From assembly GCA_008632985.1 (NCBI GenBank), contig QPGO01000019.1, forward strand, positions 558,001-622,000: a stretch of 64,000 nt of DNA, written 5' to 3'. Within the stretch, counting starts at the first letter, position 1. The number at the start of each line of letters is the position of its first letter. The notes under the pieces were generated by a model. That model saw nothing but the letters and a program-made list of their open reading frames with translations. It was not told the origin of the DNA and made no database searches. Positions 12,589-26,113 of the stretch are shown here, in pieces. This stretch comes from Psammoneis japonica (Eukaryota). Position numbers and translations under genes: made by a program.

Positions 12589-13291
12589 TGTCTTGTAAGA
12601 ATTGGAAAGGATCCAACGTGGTGCATGCAAATGTGTAGAAAAGGCTCTCTGAGGACGTTTTCTATTTTGAAATAAAACATCACCAATTTTTCCGTACCAG
12701 TAATGTACAAATCATAGCAACATAAAATTGCAATGATTTCACTCTTACGTTACTCTTTATCCGTTAAGAGTGGTTTCAACAAGTTGGCCGAGTCGACATG
12801 GAGCGCACATCCCAATGCTTTCAATTGGATGGACCGCCAATTATTGACACTTGTTCTCGTCCTCGTTGTCTTGCAGCAATTTCATCAATTCATGTCGTCT
12901 TGCAATGTTCTCTCGAGAGATAAGACCAAACGAAAACACCATGCAAAGGGTGCAAGCGGATTGGATCAGCTGGCTGCAGCTCCATAGTGGTCTTGTCGGA
13001 ATTCTTGAGCAACTTTACACACGAGTCGGTCGCCTATTGTGGCATCACTTTGAGGGGTGGTTATCGGAGTTTGCGTTTTGGTTTCAACGACGGATTGGTG
13101 GTGGTGGTGGCGCAGCAGCAGCAGCAGTGGACAAGAGTCGGCGCAGTGATGGGTTGCATCTTGTTGGTGGTGGTGGTGCAGTGCTACTCCATGCAAAAAA
13201 AGGATGGTGTAAACCCGACACTTGTGCTTGCGTCAACATGTCAATGACGACGTGTTGTTGCGAGAAGGAGATTTGCGGCTGAAGACCCGCA

Positions 13292-13647
13292 TGTGGGATT
13301 CTACCTAGGATGCAGGTCCTGTCTGTAGAACATGCTGCTGACAATCAGCACAAGGCACCAAAAGCCAGTTAAATGGCAATGAGTTGTCTTACTAACTCGT
13401 GCTTGGTTGAAATTATGAGCTAAAACTAATCTAAAAGTGATCCTCTTGCATTTGATCCAAGAGATCTCGGATAATGCCACGTCAGAAAATAGACATTCTT
13501 CGAATGTCACTCACGTAGAATGTGTGCTAAGGGTCACGGTGGAGGTTCGACACTTGCTTGAAACTTTCTGATGTCTGACTCAGCCGTGTAGAAATTCTAA
13601 GAAGATTGGACTTCTTGGGATGTCCACAGTCTTTCTAAAATGTCACA
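13292..13647 (-). repeat. 3' LTR of Copia-1
   Basis: tgtgggattctacc...ctaaaatgtcaca, direct repeat of 18987-19344. Confidence 0.95.
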
Positions 13648-16600
13648 CTCCCTTTGAAAGTGTCGGGTGGAGCTGTGACTTGATCTAATTCACCACTTGA
13701 GGAGCTTCTTTCGAAGGCGAACAAACACATTTTGAGGCACTGGCTTGGTCTCCATGTCTGCAATTTGTTCAGTGGTGTCAATGGGCAGAATGGAAATGAT
13801 TCCCTTCCTGACATGTTCCTTGAAATGATGTGGCGCCAGATTGAAATGCTTGGTTCTTGGTCTCATCTTGGGCAGTTTTGCAATTTCCAATGCGCCTGAA
13901 TTGTCTTCGAATGCCTTGCAATGAGCTGATGGAGTCTTGGATGGCACCTTGTGTCCATGCTCTTGACATTCCTTGATCAAATTGATGACAGGAATGGCGC
14001 TTCGGAGACTCTCGGACAGAGCGACACACTCGGCTTCTGTCGTGCTCAGCGCGATTTGTGTCTGAAGCTTGGATGTCCAAACTGCAGGGCAGTCTGCGCA
14101 GGCAATGACGTACCCTGTTCTGGACTTTGAAGTGCCAACGTCACAAGGGGCAGTCATTTTGTTCCAATTGCCTGCAAAGTCTGCATCGGCATGAACTTCC
14201 AATGACTTGTCTTCCGTTGGGTCCAGAATGATGTCTTCGTGTCTGGTTTGCTCGCAAGTGCTTGCAGAGCCAAAGCATTGCCTCACCGTGTGATCATTTG
14301 GGGCCGCTCGAAAAGCATGTGATCTAATGTGTTGCACAAGCTGCGTCAGGTCTGGCACACTTCTCGAGGAAGTTGAGCTTGCCAACCACGCTTCGGCAGT
14401 CGAAAGAGCCATCAAATGGCTCTTCATTCTCGTGTTGGTGTAGCATCTTGGAGGATGCTGCTGGAGTTTGCTTGTCTGGTGCGCAATGAGGCAAGTTTGC
14501 CATTTCGAGCATCTGCTTGATCATCTGCAGTTGCGCAAGTTTCGTGCATCCATCAGGGAGAGTTTCGACATTGACGCCGAGACTGTCGTCAATGCTCCCT
14601 TGATCGTCGATGTCAAAATTCTCATTGTGCATGTCCGCGACAGCTTGGTCGATGGCAGCCTTGTCTGGTGAAGCAAAAACACCATCATCAACACAATGTG
14701 TGAAAATCACATTTCCTTGGTGGCAGAGGCACTCGTCGACTTGTGATTGTTTGAAACCAATTTTCTCCAGACCTTGTCTTAAGTGCTCACCCCAAATTCT
14801 TCCTGCTTGTTTCTGTCCATGTGGGTTCTTCAGCAGTTTCAAAACATGAGTTTTGCAGTCACCACATTTGGTTTCAATGCCTTTTGGGAGTTCCACATGC
14901 ATGTTGCATTTGATGTCAGTGTGAGGACAGGCAAGAATGAAGTCGACTTGGCGAGTGTGCCATCCATTCAGAACGGACAGCATGAGCAGGAACCGGACAG
15001 TGTTCCAGTTGACGATGGCGGCGCAAGTCTGAAAATAGTTGACGGTGCACTCTTGCTTGCCTCCATGCACGTTGAGCCTTGACTTGTGCTCATGTGCCTT
15101 TCTTGTTTTGACATCTCTCTTTCTTTTCACAGACCAGACCGCTGGGAGCATGTCAACACCCTCTGGGACCTCCTCAACAGGTGTGAGCACCCAGTGCTTG
15201 CGCTCAACATGGTCGTTGACCTCCTTGACACAAGCTTTGATGAATTCATCATGGTCCGGTTCTTTCATGGCTTGATCAAAATGCTTGGCATCTGGGTCTG
15301 TTCTGGCTAGAAACGCGAAAGGTGAGTCCATGTCGTCTTGTGGCTTGTGGTCATCCTCGTGCATTGCATCGCAGCACTCGCAATGTGTCGATTGATGTGA
15401 TGTGACACCAGCGGCCCGTTGTTGCTGGCTCTCAACCATTCGTTGCATTGGTTTGTGCACTCCACCAGCCCTGCTGACAACTGGTTGTTCTGATGCCGTC
15501 TCTTGATTGTGTTCAGGCGGCGCATCTCCTGTTGATTCAGGTGTCTGATCCTCAGTAACAGGAAAATGCTTGTCCTCGAGTTGTCACAGAACATCGGGTT
15601 CCGGTGCCACAGTGGTCTGCGCTGGCGCAGTGGAGCGAGGCTCCCTCACTTCCTTTTGGGTCTTGAAGACATTGAATCTTGATGTTCTTTGTTTCTTGAG
15701 TCCTGACATGGTTTGCCATTGCGAGAAAGCAGGTGCATTCCCTGCCGAAGGGCGCACCGTTTCGAAGAAGTTGTCGAATTGGACGTGAAACTGCGGTGAG
15801 GTAAGTCCCGTCTCGAGGTTGAGCACCAGGTTGACTGAACCAGCATGTCTTGGAGATGGTCCCAAGTTGATTCCTAACCTTGCTCTTGATTGCCACTCAG
15901 GTGCTCTCTGTCCACTCTGCAGTCGGTTGTCTAGCGCATGGACTGGGCATCCGAAAGTGTGGTGTTGCTCAAGATTCTGAGCTGCCTTGACGGAGGCGAA
16001 TCGCTCAATTGGGGAGCTGCCATCTTCATGGTCAGGCAAGTTGTTCTTGAGCTCATTGGAATTGCGCAGTGCACTTGGCCAGAGATTGATCTCAACAGCC
16101 ATTGGCCATCTTGCTTTTGCACGCAGCAGCTGCTTGCGAGTCTGTTCTTGCAGGTCGCAGATTCGCTTTTCGGCGACACCATTTTAGAAGTGGGCATTGA
16201 CGCCGCAGCATGACATGGTTTGACCTTGTTTCTCAACATCTTGTGTGAAGGCGTTGTCTGCAAATTGGCCGTTGCCGGCATGGTGGTGTTTGATTTGGAC
16301 ATGATGTCGTCTCGAAAAGGCTTCAAAAGCATGCTTGGCCTTCAGGGTTTCTTCGGAGACAAGTGATCTTTGCAGAAACACGTGTCCCAGTTTGGAACAG
16401 TGATCGACAAACACTGTTGCTGCTCTGTGTTGCTGTTTTGCAGGTCTCCCTTTGAGTTGAGGGACAAAACCTGGGGTCGAGCTTTCGAGTTGATCCACTG
16501 ACATGACCTCCCCTGGCTTTGCAGCGACATGCATGTTCGATTGGCGTTTGGACTTGGTGCACCAAGGGTGTTCAGTCATGGCGCCATAGAGGCAGCCGGC

Positions 16601-18986
16601 ACATTTGGGTTCCTTGACCTTCAGGAGGCGTCGTGGGAGGATGCCCAATGCAGCTAGGAGCTTGATCATCTTGAATGATTGGTGTCCAAGGCGACAGTGC
16701 CAATGCAACAATTCACCTTGGTCATTGGTGGCCGCCAGGGCATCATCATCAGGGATGACGTTGATGGGATCTGGCAGTTTGGTTTGGACTTCTGGGGTCA
16801 CTGGATCCTTGAGGTTCTCATCAGGTGAGTCGGATCTGTGTGCAGCATCTGTTGGTTTGAACAACAGTGGCACGTCCTCATCAACGTTGTTGCGTGTGCC
16901 TTGGGTCTCATCAGGACCTGTCTCGTCAGGACTTGTGAAGGCATCTTTGTCATTCGCAGCGTCCGTGGACTCAGGGTCGCTTTCGTTGTCTGCAGGTGTC
17001 ATGCGCGTTTGACAGGCTACGTGCTGGACAGTCTCGACATCGTTGTCAGCATCGACTGCGGCGGCAAACACCCGACAGTCGGCAGCACCGGGTGTGGAAC
17101 AGAAGCATGCAACGTTGGAGTTGTTGGTCCAAGGGACCAGCCTCATGTGCTTCCTTTGATCCCACATGAGTGGGAGACCGTCGTCTCGGTTCCAGGAAGT
17201 CGTTCTGTGTGGTTCAGGACAATGATCCTGAGCTTGCTGGCTCCATTGCTGAGGGCAGAGGAGGCAAATGGGTGAGTTGGGAACATGCAGTGCGTTGTGT
17301 GTGGTGATTGTGTGCACCTGTCCGTCGTCGTCCTCGATGCGCCACTTGAGTGTGCCTTCTCCTTCTGCATCTAACCATCCACCTGCTCCCTTGATCCGCT
17401 TGTTTGCAGGACGCAGGTCACCAACAAAGTGTGATCTGTCGTTCGACATTGTGCAGGTTGCGTGGTTGTCGACACCAATGATGAAGGAGTCGGAGTTGCA
17501 GGACACTGGTTCCGTTCTCGGCTCTTGTTTGAATGGCGTCGTGGTGGTCGAGGTGTTAGCGTAGACCGTCTTGTGGAAGGTGATCTCGTACTGAGCCTTC
17601 TTGTGTGCGATTCGAGTGGGATGGCCCTTCTTCTTGGGAGCAATGTATTGTGGTGAGTGTCGACTCTTGATTCATCGTGGTTTGCGTGTGCCAGTCATGC
17701 CATCAGCTGGGATTTGCGAAATGATCCACTCACCCAACGTCATCACTGACTTAGACACGCGTTTCCACTTCTTCTCTGGCAGGTTGAGCGTCGTGAATGC
17801 TGTGAGCACCAACAGTGGAGCCACAGCATCTACGAAGCTCGTGGTGACTGGGGCAATTGTGAACGCGACAAGAACCGCCTTCATGCAGAATGCCCATGTC
17901 CGGAATGCTTTCTGGACTAGTCATTCCTCGGACTTGAGATCCTCGATGATTGAGGCCAGAGCGTTGGTGCAGGATGCCTTCTTGTTGAAGTCCTTTGTTC
18001 CGTTTTCAGATTCTTGAGCTTTGCGAAGTCGACAACCCTTGTCTCCCGGGTCGTCAGGCAAGTGAGCCACCCAAGCAGAGTGGCACTTGCACCAATGGCA
18101 ATCACGTCCCTTCTGACTCTTGTGATGACACTTGTGACCATTGACAGTCTTTGCAGGGTCGCTGTCCTTTGGCAGAGTTTTCTTCCAGGCTTTGTCCTGT
18201 TTCTTGGCGTGCTTCGGGTTCTCACTCTTGTTCTTGGAGTTCTGCTTGCTGCCACCTCCCTTGGACTTGTTGGGACTGCTCTTGAGAGCCTTGGAGAGCT
18301 TGAGATTGTGATCCTTGATGGTTTCCACAGTTAGCATCTGAGAGATCGCCTCAGCCATTTGGACTTGGTTCTCCGCTTGCCTTGATTGAGCAGCCATGCA
18401 AGCAGTGGCATGATCGCCCATGTTCTGCAAGGTAAGTCTGCCATGCTCAGTGATCAAATCTCGATCGATTCCATTGCTGTCAGGAATCGCCATGATGTTG
18501 CCTGTTCCTGACTTCCATCCTGACTCAACTGCTCGTTCATTGAGGACTTGACAGAACTTGTTGAGACCTTCAGAGTCTCCATTGAACTCATGAGGCAGTG
18601 GTGCAGCAGCCTCATTCCAGAGCTTGAGTCCTTGCAAAGCACCGCAGTCGATCCAGTCATCTGGACAGTGCCGGCCAGAGGGGTCAAAGCGAAAACAGGT
18701 CTGACAGCAGGCACTGCAGGAGGTGCTGGAGGCACTGGTGGCGCACCTCCACCACCACCGCCTGGAGGCACACCTCCTCCACAACCGCCTCCGCCACCAC
18801 CCACAGGAGGAGCTGGTGCCGGCACAGGTGCGGCTGCAGGAGCAGCAGGAGCTGCAGCAGGAGCTGAAGCAGCAGGAGTTCCAGCCACAGCAGATGAAGT
18901 GCAGGTGGTCACCATTGTTGAATGGTCAGGTTTTGATCAACAGCTGGCTTGAAATCGAAGTTGTGAAGCAGGTCGCAGAGGAAGCG

Positions 18987-19344
18987 TGTGGGATTCTACC
19001 CAGGATGCAGGTCCCATCTGTAGAATGTGCTGCTGACAATCAGCGCAAGGTGCCAAAAGCCAGCAAAGCAGCAATGAGTTGTCTTGCTAACTCGTGCTCA
19101 GTTGAAATTATGAGCTAAAACCAATCTAAAAGTGATCCTCTTGTTTTGTGATCCAAGAGATCTCGGATGATGCCACATCAGAAAATGGACATTCTTTGAA
19201 TGTTGCTCACACAGAACATGTGCTGAGGGTCACGGTGGAGGTTTGACACTTGCTTTGAAACTTTCTGATGTCTGACTCAGCCGTGTAGAAATTCTAAGAA
19301 GATTGGACTTCTTGGGATGTCCACAGTCTTTCTAAAATGTCACA
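18987..19344 (-). repeat. 5' LTR of Copia-1
   Basis: Direct repeat of 13292-13647, followed by TSD CCGCA. Confidence 0.95.
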
Positions 19345-19566
19345 CCGCACAGCATTTGATGCAAATCCTTGCTTGATGTTGCTGCTGCTCCCAGAGCATC
19401 CACAACACTGCCACTTTTTCTTGACAACGTCAAGCTCCACATTCTTGTTTGGGTGCCAATGTCGTTGGCTTGTCCTTTGGAGGGAGTGCTCTAGAGTGCC
19501 GCTCAACAATTGTTTCGGCAGAGCACAGCCAGTGGCAGCAGTTTTTGTGCGCGTTGCTGCAACAGC

Positions 19567-22500
19567 TGTGAACAAATGACCCCGCAGTCGCATGCACTGA
19601 GCTCTGCTCTAGCAGAGGGAAAGACTGGAAGAAAGCATGTAACATTGTGCCACCATTTCTACTCTCTAGAGCAGAAGTGAGATCTCGTGAGGAACTGTGC
19701 TTGATGCGACACTCTTTCGCCAATGACAAAGCACACAAACCTAAATTGAATTGATCACCCTCAAGTCAATGAATTGAACATGAGTCGGCTTGACCCAATT
19801 TACTCTCAGGCCACATTCAGTCACTCTAACATGACAAGGAAACCCTGGCAACCTGCACTAAACCCACATGGGAAAGGGAGCCAGATGTGACAGACTGCCA
19901 GTCTTCACAGATGTCGCGGAAGATCATCCCCACAAGTCCATCTCGCTTCATGCCACCTCACATGATCTCAGTTGCAAGGTTCGCCAGATTGCATTCCAAA
20001 CAAATGTGTTCAGTGAGTGACTCACCCATTGCTGCCAACTCTCTCATGGCGTGACACCAAACAGACCTCGACTTCTTCTTCAAAGCAGACTCTGGCCTTT
20101 GCGTGTTCTTGTGGACAACTGACATGTTGTCCCCACAGATGCAGGATGGACCAGACAATGGCACACCCATCATCCACAGCTTGTGCCACAGGCCACGCAA
20201 TGACTCCATGCCTTGCTTCATGGCTGTGAACTTGGCTCTGAAAACCAAGGTTTCAATGGCACTTTGGCACTTAGAAAACCACACCACCAAGGCCATGTTC
20301 ATGCAGATGAAACAGCTGGCATGTCAGGCAGGATTGCTTCCTGCACATCCCCATGAAATGACTTCCAGCCACATTCCTTGAAATTGGACTTGCCAGCAAT
20401 TTCTGGGGGTGTGGGGCCAAACACCAACCTGGCATCATGTCTCGCCTTGAGGCATCCACAGACATGGAGAAAAGCCTCAAGGTGACCCTCCCTGGGCATG
20501 GCAAGAAACAAGGTGAGCTCAGAAACCTCCATCATCAGATTGACACATCCAAGCTCCACTGTCCATTGCAGCACAGCTGCCTGTGGCTGATGGAACTGGG
20601 CTTTGTCTGCTTCCAGCTCAGGCAATGCATCTAACTTGGGATGACAATCCCACAGAAATGGAGCTGATGCCTGATGTGGCAATGTCTGTCCAGGGCAGTG
20701 CTCATCCAGATGCGCCTCGACATTCTTGATGGCCTGTTGGACACACATGCTGGAGCTCATGCCCCATGCATGAGTGCCATGTGGCATTTGCACCTCTTGG
20801 ATCTTGGCACCCAGACACATCTCAGGGTCACCAATCAAACCAGGCTTCATCTTGAAGCAGTGGTCCAACTCCTTGAGTGTGCTCACGGCATCATGGTGTG
20901 CCATTGGTGCATTGTCAATGTACAGAAGTGCACATGCACAGTGCCAAAACCCATCCTTGGGCCAGACCATGTCCTTGAGCCACACATCGGGGTCAGCCAA
21001 GCAAGACTTCCACCCAAGGTGGTGTGTGCAAGAAGCCAAGTGGTTCATGGAGGACGTGCCTGCGCTCTTCAAACCACAAAGTGCACACCTGACTGCCGCA
21101 CACTTGCCTGCGCAATGACCAAACTCTGGGCCCAGAGTCGCAGTGATCTTCTCACTGTTGGGTGCAGTGACACAGGCATTTTCAATGTCTGCTGACTTGA
21201 CCTCTGAGTCATTTAGAGCAGCAAGGGTGAAGGTAATTTTTACACTCTCACATGATGTGATGCTTGCGCATGTCAAAGTTGCGGGTGCATTGGTGGTGCA
21301 ACCACCAGCAACATGGTGCACCTTGTGCTTGAAATCTTGCAGTTTCACATCAAAGACCAAGCAATGATGTGCTGGTGTCCTGCCAGGTCCTTGTCATCAT
21401 CAATGATCTCAAATGCTTTGCTGATGACACCTGTCTCCTTGTCTGTGGCATCCTGCCACAGGTGATTGCCATCTGCCTTGTCCATCTTGACAGCCTCATC
21501 ATGCATCTTGGAAATGCACATCCTGCACTTGTGCACACACTTGTGGCACCGCCTGTTCACTGCCTCATCTTTGATCAATCAGGCCCTTGCACACTTGGCA
21601 AGTTGGATTCCTTCAAGTCCACAAGACGTTCCCAGGAGGCAGTTTTGTCTTTCCAGTGGACACAAAGGTGCCATCTTTTGGTCATCTTGCACATGGTTTG
21701 GCATCCTCTGCTGTTCTGTGGGAAGGCATCATCCTTCTGGACTGCATGCCCATCAGTCCTGTGATCAACGACAGCATCCAGCAGCAAGTGCTGGTTGCCT
21801 TCAGTGTTGCATTGCATGAACATGTTCTCGGCCATTGTGTTGGCTGCAAACTCAGCCTCCTGCCCATCAGGAAATTCAACCTTGTGTGTGCGAGTGTCTA
21901 GAATGGGATTGGCATTGGCTGTGCCCATTGGTGTCCCATCTGGGCTGAGCAAGCTTGCGCTGTTTGACTGTCCCGGTTTGTTGGGTGTCCCCGTGAGGTG
22001 GCAGCACCTCTGAGTTTACATGGATGATGTCAAAGGTGGTGTCTGGAATGTCATTCTCATTGGGTGCACTGACAGGAGCATCCTGGTCTTCATCATCCTT
22101 GTGCAGATCAAAGGTGTGAGTTGTGGCATTGGGGTTGTCATCAATGTCTCCTGTCATCACACCTTGACCTGGCTTGGCCTTCATTGGCCCATCAAACTTC
22201 TCACGTGACGCTGAGTGCATTTGGTGGTGCTGTTCTTCTGGGTCCAAGGGTCAGCAGGACAAGCAATTGACAACTTGTCCATTGTCTTTCAGTGTCTTAG
22301 CTGTCATGGCCGGGCCAACGTCACGGCTTGGACCAAGGCACTGCCCCAGGACTTCCTTGTCCTCAGGAAATGGGACTGCCGTGCACCCAAACATGACCGA
22401 GTCATGCCAGCCTAACTTGCACACATGTGAAATGTTGGCTGTCTGTCTGGACACAACAGTTTCTGGCACCTCTCCATCTAACTTGAAAATGTCGTGGATG

Positions 22501-25500
22501 GCATTGGATTGGATGAGAGCTTCAAGTTCAAGGCAATTGTCCCAAAGACATTTTTGGGATTGAGTCTTCACCATTTTGCATCCGACACCATGCTTGAGTT
22601 CACAAACAGTGCCCTCAGCAGCATTGGACCACAGAGCACAGGGTCAAGTCTGCCTGACATGACAATCTGCCTCCCTGGCTTTCTTGCTAAACTGACCCAA
22701 GGTTTGCTCCTTTGCCCCACTGCAATCATTGTGTGGGGTGTGCCATCTTGTGCAAAGAGCAAGGACAGGGCTTTGTGCACACAACTGTTGAACATGCCAA
22801 AGACTTGTGCACAGGTGTTGCCCCTTCTCAATTTGGTTGAGGAAATTGGGGTTTTGGAGCACATCTTCTTTGCAATGCACCTGCATCGTAACTGTTGGTC
22901 ATTTGTCCAAAATCTTTGGGATGGCATCGGATGGAGGACCATTTGTGCACCATGCTGCATTGTGACTTTGACAGCATTCTCAGTGTCCTTGAGGCTGACA
23001 GACCAATTCTTGGCCAAACATTCTGCATCAACATGCAGTCCCCGCTTCGTCATCTTCAGCAAAGAGAGACTGATCAAGGCTGGCAACATGTGGTTGTCAC
23101 ATGCATGCAAGATGTCTTGAAGCAGCTGATTCCCCAGATGGTCTGAGGTCTCTTGAGCAAGGGTGTGCAAGAGCTTTGTGCTCATGATTTGAATCTGAGG
23201 ACATGCACTGCACTTGGTCTCATGCATGCATTCAAGAGAGTCTGCAATGGAATCCTCTCTGGTTTGACAATCCGCAGTTTGTGGGTCACATTCGGGGGAC
23301 TCATGCATGAGTTCTGCTGCTGTGCCATCTTGCATGGCTGCTTCATGCTCCAAAGCAGTTGGTTTGGATGTGGGGAAGCAGCTTGTGACACCATGTAATT
23401 CCAATGGAATCAGGAGCTTGTCCCCATTTGCATCTGTCAACGTCACTGCATGTGACTTGCTGTCAGGCTTTGTCAGTGGGAATTTTGGCTGGAGATTGTT
23501 TCCCACATTGTTCAGCCACAACTGCACAGGACACAAAAGGTTGTGTTCAAGGTGCAGGATGTGTGCTGCCTGGTGGACTGCCAGGATGTGTTGGTGGCCC
23601 GAAGCAGGGTCCGCATGTGCAAAGGCTCTGCTGATGGTGCACAGGCTCTTGCTGGTGCACTGTTTTGGGTTGTGACCTGCAACATCTGCTGGACAATCAT
23701 GGTCAAGTGGTGTTAAAGCATGCTTGCCCAGTGCGCTTGCATCTGCATGGCTGTCAATCTCAGTGCAAGCTTCCACGTGCATGGCATCCCTCATGGTTGT
23801 TTGGGTGACATGCAGAGTCTGAAGTGGACTGAGACACATGGTTGGAGAGGATCATTTCTGCTCCTTCCTGCTGGGTTTGAGGTTGCCGTTGTTGTCACAC
23901 TGGTTGTTGGCCATCGTGTCTTTCAAGAGCTGAAAATTGGAGCGGTTGCATTGCTGCTTGATTGCAGTCTGCTTTGCAGGCTCTTTGGACTTGCTTGCAG
24001 TGTTGTCCTGCTGGTCCTTGACATGAGTGGCAATGGCGGCTGCCGTGCTGGCAAGGGCTTTGATCTGCTTCACGTTTTTGGCAGCCGACATCGTGTCTTG
24101 GTGACCACAAGCGTCACGCAGGGTCACTTGTCCTCAACGTCTTTCTCATGAATGGTGTCATTGCATTGGCGCTTGGTGCTTTTAAGGGCAGCAATGCAAA
24201 GCTTCTTGTTTTCACTGTCTGGCTTGGACTGTTTGATGAAGTCTTTTTGCAAGACAACACATGCATCAAAGTCACTGCACAGTGTCATGCTGGCCATGAT
24301 TTGCACTTTGACAGAGTCAAGGGACAAATCCTTGACACTCTCCAGAAGGTGGTGCACCTTCAAGCATTTGTCAATTCCAGCACAGCCACGCTCTTTGAGG
24401 CCCTCAATGATGGAGTGCTGCTTGACATGAACATGCACCAGGTGCTCAAAGTTCCAGTTTTGGCATTTGCCATGGCAGGAAAGACCTGCCAAGTGCTTTT
24501 CAGCCACATTGACCATGTTGTCTACATTGTTCAGGCCCAAAAAGTGGTTGCACAGGTTCAGGTGGGCCGTCCTGCCATTGTCCTGTTTGTGCTGTGCCTT
24601 CTTGACACAAGCCCAACAAGAGTGTTCCCACATGATTCTGGCAACAATCTCCCACACCTTGACATTGTTGGCGGCAAATGTTTCAGTGGGTTGCAGATCA
24701 GCCCCAGTGGTGAAGTGTGGGGCATGGGCCATCATCTTGGCACAGGCATTGGTGCAGTTGTCAGTGTCATCATCTGCCTCCAGTGTCTCCGTCTGATTCT
24801 CTCAGACCACACAGGCATGGGGAATGTTGGTCTCCCTGTGGCAAGCACAAAGATGCTTGTGTGTTGATTCCATCATCTTTGGCCAGTCCTTTTCAATGAT
24901 GGTGGGTGGAACATCTGTGTTCTCATGAGCAGTCTCTGCTGCACGAAGATGGGCACCCTCTGACGTGGTTGAGGGTGACATTGACTGCATGCAACATGCA
25001 TGAGACATGCTCACAAATGACAATCAGCAAAAGCTGCAAGCTTGAGATTTGTCTCAGCCTGCAGCAGTGCAGCAGTTCCCAGGTTGGGTTGTGGATTTGC
25101 TCCACCACCCGCTGCACCTCCTGGACAATGCATGACCTTGCACAAGGTCTTGACCTCATGGTCGTCAAGATGATGCAGTTCCTTGATGGCGTCAATTCCC
25201 TGGTCAGCAGCAAGGGCGCTGCAGAGGCTTCATTCATGAAGCCCAGTTTGTGGCATGCAGCATGTGTGGCTGCAACGTTTGCTGCTGCTTGGTGGTTTGT
25301 TGATGATCAAAACTCCATTCACATGAGTTGTGTGGTTCTCACATGAAAAGTGAGGGAGTTGCGCGAAGCTCGCATCGCTTTTTCATCATTGCATGTGTTC
25401 CGTCAGTTTGTCTGAACAATTTGTCTAAAGATTGGATTCCAATGTTGTGTCCACATGTCACTGTGTATGAATTTTATGCAAACTTGGGTGCCAACTCTTA

Positions 25501-26113
25501 ATGGACATGCGTGTTCACACAAATGTGTGTGCTTCTGTTCCCAACGGTTGGCTTGACCCACAGTGAGTGTGTGGCACAACATGTGGATTGTGTCGCATGA
25601 ACACATTCACAATGGACATGCATGTTGCTCACTCAGTGATTTCAAATCACTCACGCATCTGCCTCTGAGACAACTTTGGCATGGAAATGGCATCCCAAAT
25701 CCATCAATTTGCACTTTGTGTTCACGTGTGTGCACCATGAAACACATCAGAGCAGATGACACTGCAGTGCCAACAAGTGTTTAAACTTGCACTGATTTTG
25801 GGAGCATGAAACTCATGGAGCACAGATGTTTCTTGCATTTGCAGATGTTCACTTGTCATCCCTGACCTGTGTGGAACATTCCATGTCATTGCAGTGCATT
25901 GCAAGCATGGTGCTCATCGTCACTGTCACTGCACATGGCAATGGCTCTGACAAAGTGAACAAACAACCCTGTGGTCACATGCACTGGGGAAAGACTAAAA
26001 GAAAGCATGCAACATTATGCTGCCCTTTCCAGAAGTGAGATCTAAACCTGAGGAACTGCTTGACGCTCTTTTGCCAATGACAAAGCACACAAACCTAACT
26101 TGAATTGACCACA
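19567..26113 (-). mobile_element. Second, more decayed Ty1/Copia element of a different family
   Basis: Gag (24124-24735), protease EIDSHAD, integrase remnants, RT (SADIENAC, LCGLKSAG, LYIDN), RNase H (CICGDNMSVV). Diverged direct repeats at ~19567-19757 and ~25955-26113 are probable LTRs, with PPT-like ttgaggg on the minus strand at ~19758. Confidence 0.85.

Larger units (their letters stand above)
13292..19344 (-). mobile_element. Full-length inactivated Ty1/Copia LTR retrotransposon
   Basis: Two ~357-bp TG..CA LTRs; 5-bp TSD CCGCA (13287-13291, 19345-19349); polypurine tract next to the left LTR; order gag, protease (GVDNHAT), integrase (HCRLGH, SVDQL), RT (CVDD), RNase H (ADADFAG). Confidence 0.95.

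Noticed and set aside
13690..23839. Alternative genetic code for Tyr
   Set aside because: Neighbouring host genes use TAT/TAC normally at conserved Tyr positions.
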